From positions 4,267,682-4,331,681 of the forward strand of contig NC_068982.1 of assembly GCF_001194135.2 (NCBI RefSeq): a stretch of 64,000 bases of DNA. The letters are read 5' to 3'. A program made the position numbers and the translations under genes. The first letter of the stretch is position 1. Each line of letters starts with the position of its first letter. The notes below the pieces were generated by a model that searched no databases, was not told where the DNA came from, and was given only the letters and a program-made list of their open reading frames with translations. Of the stretch, positions 12,259-24,567 are shown one piece after another. The stretch is from Octopus bimaculoides. Its lineage: Eukaryota.

Positions 12259-13060
12259 TTATAAATAACATAAGTGTCACAGGGAACAAGGCAGGTGCAA
12301 CAACATTTCTGTAAAGCTGGAGCGATTGTGCAAATACCTGTTTTTTTTTTTTAACGCACAAACGCTATCTTATTGTTCCAAGTCAAATACGCCTTCCAAG
12401 ACGTTTTCCACCTCAACCGTTGCTTACTCGTTCTTCGTGGTTGATAAAATAAGTACCAGTTATAAATTGCTTTCAGCTCAATTGACTCTACAAAACTGTA
12501 ATGTGTCAGCCAATCCTGTCAAAGCTATGTCGAAGTAGAATCGATATTGGATACATTATTTAACCGTACTTGAGGTACTTTAAGCTCGTTAAAATACGGA
12601 TGAGAAAATATAAATAAAACAAACTTCGCGAAAAATTCAACACAAATCATGAAATAATTAATGATAAATAAAAATCTCTCTTAAACAGCAAAACTCCTCT
12701 CGATATTTTTTTATAGTTTTTATGATATTACTTTTTACATAGCGTTGAATAATTGAGATGTATATATTGAATTGAGAACACTTTATCACGTATATTAAGC
12801 ATATACACTACCGCGACATATCACGCGTGTTTACATCTGCCTTGCACATTTTTAATGCGTGTGGAAGTTACATTCAGCTTTACTAATGTTTAGCATTTGA
12901 AATGAATAATTTTTAGTTTTGTTCAAATAATTTTTACAATTCCGGGCTGGCTACGGAAGCACGAACATGACAATAAAAATATATTTTAATGTATTTTTAT
13001 TGAGCATTTGATCATAGTCTGTTCCGTTCTGAAATAACATGGTGGTTCATTCATATCAGT

Positions 13061-13219
13061 CTTTTCTTTCTATTATCGTTTACTTGTTTCAGTCAAAAGA
13101 CTGTGGCCATGCTGGGGCACCACCTTGAAGAATTTTAGTCGAACGAATTGACCCCAGTATTTCATTTTTTACAAGCCTGGTAAATCGGTGTCTTTTGTCG
13201 AACCGCTAAGTTACAGGGA

Positions 13220-13292
<73 letters not shown>

Positions 13293-13448
13293 GATGAGCT
13301 TCTTTCAGTTTCTACCAAATTCACTCACAAGGCTATGATCATCCCGAAACTATTGTAGAAGACACCCGCCCAAGTTGTCACGAAGTGGGACAGAACCCAG
13401 AACCATGTGGTTGGGAAGCAAACTTCTTACCACATAGTCACGCCTGTG
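13061..13448 (-). mobile_element. SINE family B, near full length, with internal (CA)n
   Basis: Head at 13448 (cacgcctg), tail tttacttgtttcagtc, internal microsatellite 13223-13289. Confidence 0.9.
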
Positions 13449-14690
13449 TCTATTTCATTTCTGTGAAAATTTCTTGAGCGTTTTCAAAATCCATGGATCT
13501 TCACAAACCATACTTATTGTGTATTCACGCTAAATTAACAACAAAATATAGACCAACCGCAGAACATGAAGTAATGTACTTCTTGCAATCAATTTGCTAC
13601 ATGGTCTCAATTTTCGTTTGAAAATAATCCACTTGAAATATACAGCTAATGTGCTTGAGAAAAGTATGCGCATCACCTTGTCTCATTCGCCTATCTCAAT
13701 AAATAAATAATTAAATAAATCAAGTAATGCTTATACCAAAAATTAGTATCCTCTTGTTTCAGATTCTTTTTTGTGTCGTTGTAGAATGTTTCGTTACAGT
13801 TTGATAGGTAGGGGAGGATATTTCTTCAGCGCATGCTCCGCGACCCAATGATCTACTACTGTGTGAGATATTTAGATACGTTAGGAGAAAAAAAAGTATT
13901 AAAAAACATGAAATGTATTTTTCATTAAAATATTGCAAAATATAGCCGTAAACTTGTCAACTAAATTTAATTTAGAGCGACAAGTGACGGAGATTTATAC
14001 CTATTAATTCATTTACAGTAAATATTACCAATAAGAATGAATATATTTATTTCGCGGAAACGTAATAATGATGACTGCAAATCTGAAAGTGAACTAGGTC
14101 TAACGTTAAAAAGTGATAGTACAGCCTAATTGTCAATATTTCGACTGTTATTTAAATTTTAGTTTCTTTCGGGCCGCAGACGAGAATCAAACATCCTTAT
14201 TGTCGGTTGTGAGAAGAGACAAATTTTGGAAGAAACAGTGGTATGTAGTTATTAAAAGCGATATCTATTTTACATTTAAACATCCATATTTTTCAAGGAA
14301 AGTTATTTTAAAAGTTTGACAGAACAGCAATTAAAGCACAGGCAATATCCTTTTTAAATACTTTGACAGTTTCTGAAAAATGTTCAAATCACTTCACTTC
14401 AAATAACTGAAATGGTTGTACAGAAATGAAAGCAGACTCTTTACTTAAGTCAATTATTTTGAATGTCGAAAGATGATTAAAAAGATGTTAGAAAACGGAA
14501 CAGAATAAGAAATAAACAAAATTATCCTCTCAAATACAGTTTATTGAGGAATTATGGTGCTACCTGCAAATGCCGGAAAAAATGTACAGAATAAACTAGA
14601 ATTCACTTCACAGGCTAATGACTCTGCTGACTCGTAACAAAGCACAATTCCTTTCAGTGTTTGCTTCTCAGATAAATGCCGAACAATTAT

Positions 14691-14735
14691 TCTGTGCTGA
14701 TGAAAGGAAATAACCCAGGAATCGCGATACACAGA
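14691..14735 (+). ncRNA. Type I HHR-like motif (A13G core change)
   Basis: TCTGTG CTGATGA AAGGAAATAACCCA GGA ATCGCGAT A CACAGA; perfect 6-bp stem I and palindromic stem III. Confidence 0.75.
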
Positions 14736-15027
14736 TATTGTTTTGTGCTGAGTGGAGATGCTAAATACCCTTGTTCGAAAATATAAGGACATAGATAGTG
14801 TGTCGTATAGCCAGCTAGAAATGATGTTTCCTGGGGTTAAATAACTGTAATATTCGTCCTAATCCAGGACTGCCAAGTTATGTTGGCAAATAAACCTTAC
14901 GCTAGAGTACTGTTACTGAATGTCTCTCGTTGAGAGATTTACAAATAGAAATTTTCTATTTTATTAGATCAGTGACTGTGCGTCACTTTGAAAACTATAT
15001 ATTTCGAAAAAGAATTTTGCAACGCCA

Positions 15028-15072
15028 TCTCTGCTGATGAAGGGAAATAACCCAGAAATCGTGATACACAGA
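15028..15072 (+). ncRNA. Type I HHR-like motif (core intact)
   Basis: TCTCTG CTGATGA AGGGAAATAACCCA GAA ATCGTGAT A CACAGA. Confidence 0.78.
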
Positions 15073-15767
15073 TATTATTTTGTGCCTAGTGGGGATGCTA
15101 AACTTCCTTGCTCGAAAATATAAGGAAACAGATACTGTGTCGTATAGCCAGGTGGAGACGATGTTTCCTGGGGCTAAATAACAGTATCATTCGTCCTAGA
15201 CCAGGACTGCCACGTTATGTTGGCAAATAATCTTTACCCATAATTTTTTTCTTTACTGCAAAAGAATGACATGTACCCCAAGAGGTCAATATATCTCTGA
15301 TATTTTATCGACCAATTTTGAAAATGTAGACCAGCATGGAAGGTAATTTGTAATGATGGATTGGAGGTCTGTCCTGTTAAGTTCCGTTAACAGCTCGGTA
15401 GAAAATTCTTAATGTTATCCAAATGCATTGAATCTCTTCATAGGGAGATACTCATTTCAAAATCATTCGCAGTCGAATTAAAATAGCAAAAAGTTGACGA
15501 ACAAATTGCTGAAATAGATAATTTCATAACCAGCAGATTATTGAAGACTCATTTGAACAAATTTGCATCGATATGGATTCAATACACACAGGCATAGTTT
15601 TTATACGGAACTTAGATGGTTGTTTAGATGTTAAAAAACTATGAAGGACACATGAACATTTGCTCGTGAAAAAGAAAATAAAAGCACGGACGCTTGTGTG
15701 AGTAACTTTGAAATTAATTTCGGATTTCTTGCTTGGAATATTTGGTGTGTAGAAGGAAGCGAGCTGG

Positions 15768-15945
15768 TAGGATAGTTACCGCGCCGGGAAAATTCACGTT
15801 CTGTGCTCAAATGTCACTGGGGCCGACTTTGCTTTTCACCCTTTCCTGATTGATAAAATAAATACTAGTTGAATACTGGAGTCTATGCAATCGACTTACC
15901 TTGTACCCTGAAATTTCTGGCCCTGTGCCGAAATTAGAAGCCAAT
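15768..15945 (+). mobile_element. SINE family A, old diverged copy
   Basis: gcgagctggtaggatagttaccgcgccggg...gactttgcttttcaccctttc...gataaaataaatactag. Confidence 0.75.
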
Positions 15946-15998
15946 ATTTAGTGAGTGGACATTATTATACTCACAAAGATAAAAAATAGTTCTAATAT

Positions 15999-16212
15999 TC
16001 TTTTCTACTCTAGGCACAAGGCCCGAAATTTTGGGGGAGGGGCCAGTCGATTAGATCAACCCTAGTAGGCAACTGGTACTTAATTTATCGACCCCGAAAG
16101 GATGAAAGGCAAAGTCGACCTCAGCGGAATTTAAACTCAGAACGTAAAGATAGACGAAATACAGCTAAGCATTTTGCCCGGCGTGCTAACGACTCTGCCA
16201 GCTCTCCGCCTT
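15999..16212 (-). mobile_element. SINE family A, young full-length copy
   Basis: Close match to 2619-2832; TSD tagttctaatat at 15987-15998 and 16218-16229. Confidence 0.93.
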
Positions 16213-16230
16213 AAAATTAGTTCTAATATG

Positions 16231-16436
16231 GGCCTAAGGTTAGCAGTTTTGAGGGGAAGAGTTAGTTTATTACAGCAGAGTCGATAAAATAAAGTACTTG
16301 ACTGGTGCTTTATTTCATGGATCCTGAAAGGTAAGCTTGACTCAGGCGATATATAAACTTGGAATGTAAGGAACCGGAATAAATGCTGCTAAGCATTTTG
16401 TCCGACACACAACCGATTCTGCCAGTTTGCCGCTTT
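16231..16436 (-). mobile_element. SINE family A-related old copy
   Basis: gctaagcattttgtccgac...gattctgccagtttgccgc head in reverse. Confidence 0.7.
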
Positions 16437-16799
16437 AATTTACAAGCGTAATTATAATAACCCATTATACAAGCAAAAACTGACCATATTCTCACACTGA
16501 CACACAAATCGACTGCATTTCAGGAAACCTATGCCATTCGGAAAATAATGTTAAAAGGAGGTACCTTTAAAAATGCGTCCTTTAAAACGAGTAGGTGTGT
16601 AGGGGACACAATGAGTAATATTTACTGCATTTCTGACCTCGAGAAAAAGATTTTTTTACAAGTGTTTACTATCTTATACAAACTAAATCAGCTAAGCAAA
16701 TGACTTTCACTAAATACGTTAAAAGCACTATAGCATCTGAAGAACACTATTTCAGAAAATTATCTCGGTTTTTTTATTAACATACTAAAGGAAAATTTA

Positions 16800-17112
16800 G
16801 GCGGGGCAAAATGAGTAAAACAAAATAAGGTAAATTTGCCACTTTAATTGTCCTTATCCATTCTTAGACATCAGAAAATTCGGAAATGCAACAAAAATTT
16901 ACAATATCTGAGGCATAGGCATATGAAAGATTATGGAAAAATGGCACATGATAAGGAATTAGCAAAACTCGACTAAATCTAAGACCTCGGCATAAAATAT
17001 TCTTCATAGCTTCTTCATGATTTGCTAGAGTGACTCTCTTCCTGGATATATTTACACAGCATATATTTAGAAAGACGTTGTTGAACTCAGTCATTACTTA
17101 CTTTGCCCCACC
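16800..17112. mobile_element. Putative MITE with ~20-bp TIRs
   Basis: ggcggggcaaaatgagtaa at 16800 vs ttacttactttgccccacc ending 17112; flanks ttta/ttag. Confidence 0.45.
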
Positions 17113-18072
17113 TTAGACATAATTTCTTTGGAAATTGAAAATTATCAAATTAGACGTTAGTATAGGAAAATATTCACTTGGAAGCCAATTGAGAAAAGAA
17201 TTGAGATTGTTAACACCAAAAATTATCCAGATATTTTCTAAGCAGCCTTAATTACAATCGGGTCAAATTTGAAGAAAAATTTCTTGAAAAAAACCCCAAA
17301 AAACAAAACAAAAAACAAAAAAAAACACAAAAAAGAAATAAACAAATAAAAAACAAATAAAAAACAAACAAAAATCCTGTCTGCTATGTTTCAGACTCTC
17401 CCGACTTCAACAGCAACAACCTCAACAGCAACAACAACAACAGCAACATCAACAACAATACTGAACGACTTCTGCTCTCAAAGATGATGGAACTTCAAAG
17501 TGATGGTGCAATACTTGCAATATAATGGTGTGAAACAGGTAAAAAGAAAATAGCAAAAAAATCAGAAATGATTCATTTTGCCACCTACGATAAAAGAAAT
17601 TATTCGTGTTGTATTTGAAATTTATATAACTCAGAAAGAGTAAGTAAACGTTTATTTTTCATCCTTAAAAGCAGACAAATATAATTGAATTCGAAATGCG
17701 TTATAAAATTTTCATCTGTTGTTGGTTTGAAGTTTTATGAAAAAGAGATATATTCTATGATATCCGTTAGCGTAATTTTTGATTTTTATCGGAGAAGAAT
17801 ATCTTTCAGCTGTTTTTGTTTTAATTCAGTTTTCTGTTTTATATTTATATGAACTGGAATCTTTTCTTCAATCAATATCTTTAAATTTAGAAAAAAAAAA
17901 AAAAAAAAAAAAAAAGGGAGAGAGAGAGGCGTCATTTCATTGAAGATGAAATACGGGTATTTTGATCTCAGAAACGTCCAAATATAAAAAAATATTGCCA
18001 AAAAACTTTGGATTTATGTATTTTTAATAACAATTCTTCATTTATTGAATAAAGAAATAAGTACTAAATTAT

Positions 18073-18515
18073 AAGCAAGAAAGCTAGTTCTAAAATCTCT
18101 CTAAGAGATCAACGCAGTAGTTGTACTATCAAGTAATGTTCATAACCACTTCGACATGACTGTTCCGTCGAACGGACTTTACTGCGACTTTTTAACCCCA
18201 AGAGGACATCTCCTCTAGTTGGCTAACAATGCATACCTGCATCCGATATGTTACGAGTAGGGGAACGAACCCCTACCATCTTCTAGCGACGGAACAAGCA
18301 TACCAGCCTGGTTTCGAGCTATTTCTTCCTCTCTTCAGCACTGGACACCACGTTTGCTAGACATAGCAGTAGCTCGCAATGTATATAAATTCAAGTGAAC
18401 ATACAGTCACTGATTTTGCAACAAGCAAAAAAGTTACTTCTAAAATCTTTCTGAGACGTCAACGCAGAAGTTGTACTCGCAACTAATATACGTAGCCACT
18501 TCAACATGGCTGAAT
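18073..18515 (-). mobile_element. Diverged 1.25-mer of the HHR-bearing repeat (period ~350 nt)
   Basis: Direct repeats at 18088 and 18438; minus strand has atcagtgactgtatgttcacttgaa, matching 14968-14992; gacatctcctctagttggctaac matches 49441 onward. Confidence 0.75.
18297..18342 (-). ncRNA. Type I HHR-like motif (core intact, GUA site)
   Basis: AGTG CTGAAGA GAG-loop-CTC GAA ACCAGGCTGGT A TGCT; stem I weak (two G·U pairs). Confidence 0.7.
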
Positions 18516-18706
18516 TGTGCCACATTAATAATGTATAACTACTTTAAAAGTGGCACCGTCGAGTTTACTGTTACAGAAGTCAACCACCTGATTAACACGT
18601 TACAAATACAATCTGAAAATGGAGCAGTAGAACTATGCAAAACATTTCTCAGGTTTTTAATTTTTGATATTGTCTTCGTTATCTACGTTCCAATGATGGA
18701 ACTTTG

Positions 18707-18711
<5 letters not shown>

Positions 18712-18738
<27 letters not shown>

Positions 18739-18840
18739 TGTATGTATGTATGTATGCATGTATGTATGTGTGTGTATGTATGTATGTGTGTATGTATGTG
18801 TGTGTGTGTAAATATATACGTGTATGTATATGTATGTATG
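18712..18840. repeat. (TATG)n microsatellite
   Basis: Direct reading. Confidence 0.96.
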
Positions 18841-18852
18841 TATATATATATA

Positions 18853-20575
18853 CTTTGATAGGTTTCGGCCAGTACTGGCTCAGGCCATGTCTAATTTAAT
18901 AGCACCACCTGGTGAAGTCATTAAATCAGGAATCGGACAACATGGACCACTCGAGGAGAGAGTTATTGTTTATGGCGACATATCCGGGTGTAGGAGGTTT
19001 ATCCGGGATTTTTTGAAGGAATTTGTCCAAAGACTTCTTGAACTTTATGGGGTCTGTTTCTGCTTTAATGTGTTTTGGTGTAATGTTAAAGAGAGCGGGG
19101 CCAACTGAGGTGAAATAATTGTGCCGTATTGTTATATGATGCGAGTATGATTCATGTTGTGGGCGGTTAGCACGGGGTTCAAATCTTGGTTGTATCTTAA
19201 AGGCGATGCCAACATCATTGGGGCAATACTGATGGAATATTTTCCACATCATGCAAATGATGTAACGCTCACGGCAGTGTTGGAGAGAATAAAGCTTGAG
19301 CTTTTCTAGTCGACCCCAATAGTCAAAACCTGTCATGCCATCTATCTTTCTTGTAATTGACCTTTGAAGTGCTTCAGTTTTCATGATACTTTGTTTCGTG
19401 TGGGGAAACCACAGTGGACAATAGTGTTCGAGGTGGGGTCGGGCAAAAGTGGAGAAGTGAAGGATAATGGTGTGGATATCTTTCGACTGGAAAGTTCTGA
19501 GAATCCAGGAGCATATTCTGCGGGCCATGTCAGCTTTGCTGTTTATATGAGCAGCCCAGCTTATGCTGTTGTCCACAATTACTCCCAAGTCTCTGATGTT
19601 GTTGGATGCCATGGGGGTTTCACATGTTGGGGTCTACCTATCAGGAAACACTTGATCCATTGCAGTAACTTTCTAGAGACACCAATGTTGGATAGTTTTT
19701 TGAAGAGGATCTTATGATCCACCCTGTCAAAGCCTTGCTGAAATCAAGGTAGATTACATCACTATTCGAGCCCTCTCCCACAGCTCTCGAAATGTCATCA
19801 AGGTGATGCAGGAGCTGCGTTAGGCAGTTTTTTCCATTACGGAACTCATGTTGGTTGGGGTTCAGCAGTCTGTTGCTTTCAAGAAAGTGTGTTATCCGTG
19901 ATCTCACCACCCTCTCAAATACCTTGAGGATATGAGAGGTGAGCGAGATCGGCTGGTAGTTTCCCTTTTTGAAAATTGGGACAGAAAGTTCTCAGGAATA
20001 TAGCCATTATCCAGTGAGTTCCTTCACAGATTAGCAAGAGGAGATGCAAGTTGGTGTCGACACACCTTCAGGACACAAGCAGGGAACCTATCAGGGCCTA
20101 CTGCTGAATTGTGTTCAATTTGGTTTATTGGCGCTAAGACATCAGGGGCGGCAAGCGTTATGTCCGATATAGTGTGTTGAGGATTAAAATCACTGACAGT
20201 CCAAATCGGCAATATCAGGGTTGCTAAAAACAAAGCAGTACTGTTTCTGCAGTATCTCAGTCATAGCTCTTGCATTATCTTGGAGGATGCCATTTTCATC
20301 AATTAGAGGGCCAACAGTAGGGTGTGTTTTTTCGCAAAAGAGAACACTTTGGGGTTGGTAAGTATCAAATAGGATATTCCGGTTGTGTACTCAGAGAAAA
20401 CCAACCCTGTGAGTATTTAACCCCTAGTCTGGTCCAAAGCACTCACGGGCCTCGATAGACTTCAGCCCCGTCTCTGGTGTATTCTTAGGATATTCTTTAG
20501 TTTGGAAAATTATGTTTCATCTGATGATTTCGGTTTTTTGTAATGGAGTAATGTTCTCATTCTTCTATTAAAAAG
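18853..20575 (-). mobile_element. CR1-group LINE, 5'-truncated, with internal deletion of the RT core
   Basis: KGNYQPISLTSHILKVFERVV...NQHEFRNGKNCLTQLL...DVIYLDFSKA; then NNIRDLGVIVD...RPHLEHYCPLWFP...YWGRLEKLKLYSLQ...LDKFLQKIPDKP (ORF 18926-19612). Confidence 0.9.
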
Positions 20576-20635
20576 ATGAGTAAGAAACAGCTGTAATGAG
20601 CTGACAATTACCGATCGTATGTTATTATTCATTTG

Positions 20636-20675
<40 letters not shown>

Positions 20676-21486
20676 ACATATTTGCTCGTACAAATAATAG
20701 ATATTAATGTTTAGGAAGCGCTGAAATATTCGCTATTATAAGAATTTTGCTTTTGTTTGGAGAAGCAATAAAGTAGCAGACTGTTAATTTTCGTGATGTA
20801 TCATGGTACCTGTCATCTCCAAGAGAAGCATTAAGCTGGTGGAATCGAACTTATCAGATCCATATCATTATCTCCATTCTTCGTTCCGCGATAATACTAT
20901 TTCTCAAAAAAATAGATATTTTTTCAGCAATGAAAGAATTTCATACCTATTTTAACGAATTCCACTGTTTGAAAGAAATGATTAATCAAACCATCAGAGA
21001 GACTTAATCTATGATTTATTATTTCACAATCTCATACCTTATATTTTTGTCAAAGAAGGGTGAATATTGTGATTTCGCGTTTCTTAACAATCGATGTATC
21101 ATTTAGCAAGTGAGTTCTTCCCCTTACTGAAGCCGGAAGTTGAGCTGTACCATTAGTTTTTGAATAAATCCCTCTATACACACCGCTCACCGTGACTTCA
21201 TTCGACAGGAACATTCTATGGCGATAGATATGTACATGAGCGTGAGGTAGATGTGAAATTCGCTTTCCTCTGTTATATTAAGCTTATCTTCAATACGGAA
21301 TCACTCTTGAAAAAGAATTTGTATAGCAATGATGGCCATTAAGCCCAGCGGGTGCATATCAGGACACGATGCAAATACAGAAGATAATTTAATTTTGGCT
21401 ATCGCGTCTCAGTGGATTTCATCTAAAAGATGCACATAGCTAATAAGAATACATCTCCACTCATCCTGCTCCTTTCCTTTTCCACC

Positions 21487-21530
<44 letters not shown>

Positions 21531-22080
21531 AACACACGCACATTCCGCATGTACGACTGTATGTATAAATGCATGTGCGTATGTATATGCCTGTGTGTGC
21601 ATGTGAGTATATATAGGTCTGTCAACACAATCGCATACATATATAATTTCATAGGTAGATGTTACTAGAGGCGATAAGATCATAACCGGAAAATTAAAAT
21701 CGAGATATTTCGAGATATAGCGAAGCGAACAAACTAACGAAGACATACACACACGTTCATATACTTACACCCACGTACAATACGTACACTTGAAGCACGT
21801 GTAAACTGGAAATACGTACAGAAGCAAAACCTGGAAACAAGTGATATGCATTAAAACAGCCTCGCATTGGTTCGTAAACGTGCACACGGACTTATACTGA
21901 GGTACTCGCACACTCACACACATACGAACGCTCACACATACACACACAAAATTATACTTATTTTCTTGATTCTAAGTTTCATGCTAAATTGTACATTCTT
22001 CATGTGGATGCAATTCAAATGAAGGTTTCGCTCAAGAAAAATAGATTCATCCAAGCACATACTCAACTTGTGACTGCATG

Positions 22081-22128
<48 letters not shown>

Positions 22129-22679
22129 GCATTGATATGTATATGCCTTAAATTCTCTCTTCATATTTCGCTCTCTAGCACTGGTATCTTCTTACTGGAG
22201 TATTTCGAAGGATGACTGGTTTCGATTTTGATATATTTAATATATTCACGGAGAGAATTTTCTGTGTAATATCCCTTCGTTAACAAGTTGAGTTTAGAAA
22301 TGAAGAACAAAGTTCATTCTTCAATGGGCACATATCTCTGTAAACAGCAGTTCCTGATCGAAAAACAAAAAATGACGAAAGAATAAACAAGAGAAGTAAA
22401 TAAATGACTGCGTATTTAGTTTACAGCCATTTACGTTTTTATTTCAATATTGTCTGGGACAGATTTGTATTTCATCTTTCCGGGTCGATAAATAAAGGAT
22501 CAGGCTAGTAGTGGGCTTGATTTAATATTTCTATAAAGCATCTTGATATGAAATAGGAAAGCATGCCCAAACACTGTAACAATGAGCGTCTAACCATGAA
22601 AAGTAACAACTGGATAAAGAAATATTTTCCCCAGGCTTTTGTGCGTGCAGTAAATCGATAACTTAGAATATGCTTCTCG

Positions 22680-23620
22680 TACTTGTGCTCTTAACAACAT
22701 TTGGGCCATCCGTACCAGGAATTTTATCGTCAACAGTGATGTAGGTGATCTTTATTTAAAATGATAATATCGATCTAAACAGCTGCTGAATGCTGCATGA
22801 TATTGCGTCGATAACATAGACTAACCACCAAATATAAAAATCGTGCCTTGGAGGATGTCTGCATACGCGAGACCTAAAAAAATACGATATTTGGAAAGGA
22901 GCTTCTTAGAAAGTATCCCCTGACTGATAAACTGGGATATATACTCAGATATGTTGCACAACCTCTATCACAGGTCACCAGAAGAGACGCGCTCCATACG
23001 TACCGGCAAAAGGCATGTCTATATTCCCAGAAAGCTTCAAAGCAAGAACCACAGCGGCAGCCAGAGAAGTCTGTTCTGGACTGACAACTGGGATATCAGC
23101 CCTTACGATGAAGGATATGCTTTTACAATGCAGGAGCTGGAAATAGGATGCACAAAAGGGATAGAGATGCTGATAAACCACCTGGATACAGCAACAGATG
23201 GAGGCCTAATGAAATTAATGCTGAGGATATCATTCACACTATAAGTAGCTTCCTAAAAATGTGCTCACGAAATTATCTCCTTGTGAGACATGATGTGGCT
23301 AGAACATTATCTAATGAAATCTGGAGAAAAGATTATCCTGGGAAGACAAACATAAGGAGTTGCAGTGATGTGAACGGCATAAAAACACATGATTCGGAAC
23401 ACGCTGGTGGGATGCCCACACCGCGCGTGTAGTGAAATGCAAGCACAGCATGCCAGACATAATGATCTGGGACGAGAAAAGTAACCATGCAATTAGAATC
23501 AGTTACCTTGGAGAAAACGACAGAAGTTTAAAGATTATTGAGAAAGAGAATATCTACGCCGGAATAAGTGAACAACACGTTTCTTCCGATTCAGTTAACC
23601 ACTACTCTAATACATACAAT
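22680..23620 (+). pseudogene. R4/Dong-like (RLE-type) non-LTR retrotransposon C-terminal remnant
   Basis: IIHTISSFLKMCSRNYLLVRHDVARTL (decayed CCHC/RHD) and KCKHSMPDIMIWD...KIIEKENIY (PD-x-D restriction-like endonuclease). Confidence 0.75.
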
Positions 23621-24149
23621 ACATAATGCTAATAATAAATCTATAAATGGTCTACATTTTTGATTTTTGATTTTTTTCATAATTCCATGTGATTATAATA
23701 CATAAGTGTCTTGTCTGTTTTGCCTGAGACTAATAACACAGCAAAATTAGTGCTGTCAATTGAGTTAAAATGCTTTAACTCGATTTTATCTTGAAAATAA
23801 AATGTTAGTTATATTTATATTGGCACTAGAGTTCTTTAAAGCGATTTTAAAACCAATTATTCAGATTTTTCGGTCGGTCATAGTCAGTATCATAGATAAC
23901 CTCGAGAAAAATGTTCCTGTCTCTCAATGATTTCGTTGTTTATTTTGTTCTCTCTTTGCCTTGTCGTCTTGCACCAGAAAAGTACAAACGTAGCAGCATC
24001 TTTCCAGTTTAGAACACCTCAACGAACGTGGTGGTGGTGGTGGTGGGGGGGGGGTGAAGTAAAAAACACGCACATAAAGACAGACACAGATGCGCGTGCG
24101 CCCGCACACACACATATATATAAAATAAATAATATATATATGCACACAC

Positions 24150-24192
<43 letters not shown>

Positions 24193-24385
24193 CATATGCA
24201 CATATATACATGCATACATATATGCATGCATACATATATGCATATGTACACACACATTACGATTAGATAAAGATGGATAAAGATATATGTGTATGATTAC
24301 ATATACATACAGTATATGTTATATATGCATGCGATTGTGAGGGTATATATATGAGCGTGCATATATGTATTTAGGTATGTATGCG

Positions 24386-24443
<58 letters not shown>

Positions 24444-24499
24444 TATATAAATAAATAAATACATATATATAATATATATTAGTTAAGCCTATGTCCGGT

Positions 24500-24567
24500 C
24501 TTAGAGTGACCAATGGTTTCGCATCCACAAAGGCCTTAGACCCATGAACGTCTGGTCAAACTCTAAA
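24500..24567 (-). ncRNA. Degenerate type I HHR-like motif with 8-bp stem I
   Basis: TTTAGAGT TTGACCA [long stem II, G..C closing] GAA ACCATTGGT C ACTCTAAG; core has C3U and G8C changes. Confidence 0.55.

Larger units (their letters stand above)
14660..15238 (+). mobile_element. Tandem dimer of the ~337-nt HHR-bearing repeat
   Basis: 14730-14899 and 15067-15235 align end to end; each unit is preceded by an HHR motif. Confidence 0.88.

Noticed and set aside
18860-18890. CTGAGCCAGTACTGGCCGAAAC at the CR1 tail as a hammerhead
   Set aside because: No CUGANGA box, no stem III/UH, and the sister tail reads CTGGA; treated as a LINE 3' stem-loop
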